Below, in pieces: positions 62,873 to 64,000 of a DNA stretch of 64,000 nt. The notes beneath the pieces were generated by a model, which searched no databases, was not told the DNA's origin, and saw only the letters and a list, made by a program, of their open reading frames with translations. Both the position numbers and the translations under genes were made by a program. Origin of the DNA: Tubiluchus corallicola (Eukaryota > Animalia > Priapulida); NCBI GenBank assembly GCA_030141605.1, contig JAQGDQ010000290.1, forward strand, positions 1-64,000, read 5' to 3'. Position 1 is the stretch's first letter. Each line of letters opens with the position of its first letter.

Positions 62873-64000
62873 ACGGAGGCAGGTAAAGAGGTACTCGCAC
62901 TCGCCAGTGATACAATATTGTCTTGCTGCTTCTGATATTGAGAGCATAATGTAAGATTGTAACAATATATCATTAATGTGATTCAGGTACATTGTACACC
63001 TGATCTAACTGAACTGAAAGCAAAGACGAAACAAGTATTCCCCATTGCAGTTCGTCCCTTACGCCCAGGGTATCCGCGCTTACAGTCATTATGAGTGAAC
63101 TGCGTCCTAATCAATTCGTACGTTGATAGAATATGTGCTTAATTGGCCTTTTCAAAGTTACTGTCGTTCTACAAGCGCATGAAAACACCAGAGGGTAGAC
63201 AAAAACTTCTAGCTGTTCATGATTCCAAGCTATAATTTTGTTCAATAGACTAGTTTGTTGGTTTGTCATTTCGGAAAGACGTGCTGTTGTTCTGTAGAAA
63301 TCGCAGGGCATTTTGACAAATTGGCTTGAATTCGATCTTTTGAGTACGTGATTGATGCGTGTTCGTCCATTGGAAAGAAGTCACTTGAATACACGTCCAT
63401 TAACACTTCATGAGCTGACTCCATTTATATGGCTCAAGATTATTGATTATTTTGATGCGACGTTCTCTTTTATAACTTGAGTCGCTGTCTAGAGAGGCTT
63501 CAGATAAGTGTGAATCTTATTGATTTTTCGAAACTTACATCACCTGAATTTCTGAAATTATTTGTGAAAATGAAAAATGTTCTGACAATTAATCTTCTAA
63601 ATGAACTGAACCATTTTATTTATAGTGAAATAAAAACGATAAATAGCACCCATTTAGGAAAAGGCATGTTTATCATTCAGACACAAATATCTGAAAAGTT
63701 TCGACACAGTTAAGGCCATGTTCACTCAACAATCCACCTAAATAAAAATACAGTGTAAAAAAATACAAAAATCAACATTGTTGGAAGACAAATACTAAAT
63801 TCTAAACTTACAGATTGTGTGATTCAAAGCCAAATGACAGAAAAATAAACTTATGTCACTCCAATACTATTCACTCTCTGTGCAATGCCTGTGCGTGGTT
63901 TTTTATAGTGTAAATCCAATTTATTTTAATGATTTAAATTATAACTAGCAACTTGAGGAAAGTTGAGTTTTGAATTTCGAGGCCTGTTACTGATTTAGGT

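Overview
AT-rich, repeat-dense animal genomic DNA, not prokaryotic. Evidence: GT-AG introns, TTAGGG-type repeats, and a 5S rRNA-derived head resembling mollusc/annelid 5S sequences as I recall them, so probably a lophotrochozoan (inference). Two genes can be reconstructed. The first is a complete 4-exon clarin-family four-pass membrane protein gene on the minus strand (24499-21030, 259 aa after splicing). The second is a class A neuropeptide-type GPCR on the plus strand, with TM3-TM7 exons at 43305-53536 and no TM1-TM2 exon that I could find. The rest is mobile and tandem DNA. It includes a >=5.36 kb foldback inverted repeat carrying a 51-bp array in both arms, TTAA-flanked Kolobok-like and piggyBac-like MITEs, hAT-like MITEs with 8-bp TSDs, a solo LTR, a 5S-derived SINE3-like element, a Penelope-like inverted hammerhead-ribozyme relic, several LINE fragments, at least eight minisatellites and many microsatellites. 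Nearly all long ORFs in the supplied track are translations of tandem repeats. All identifications were made by eye; no database searches were run.
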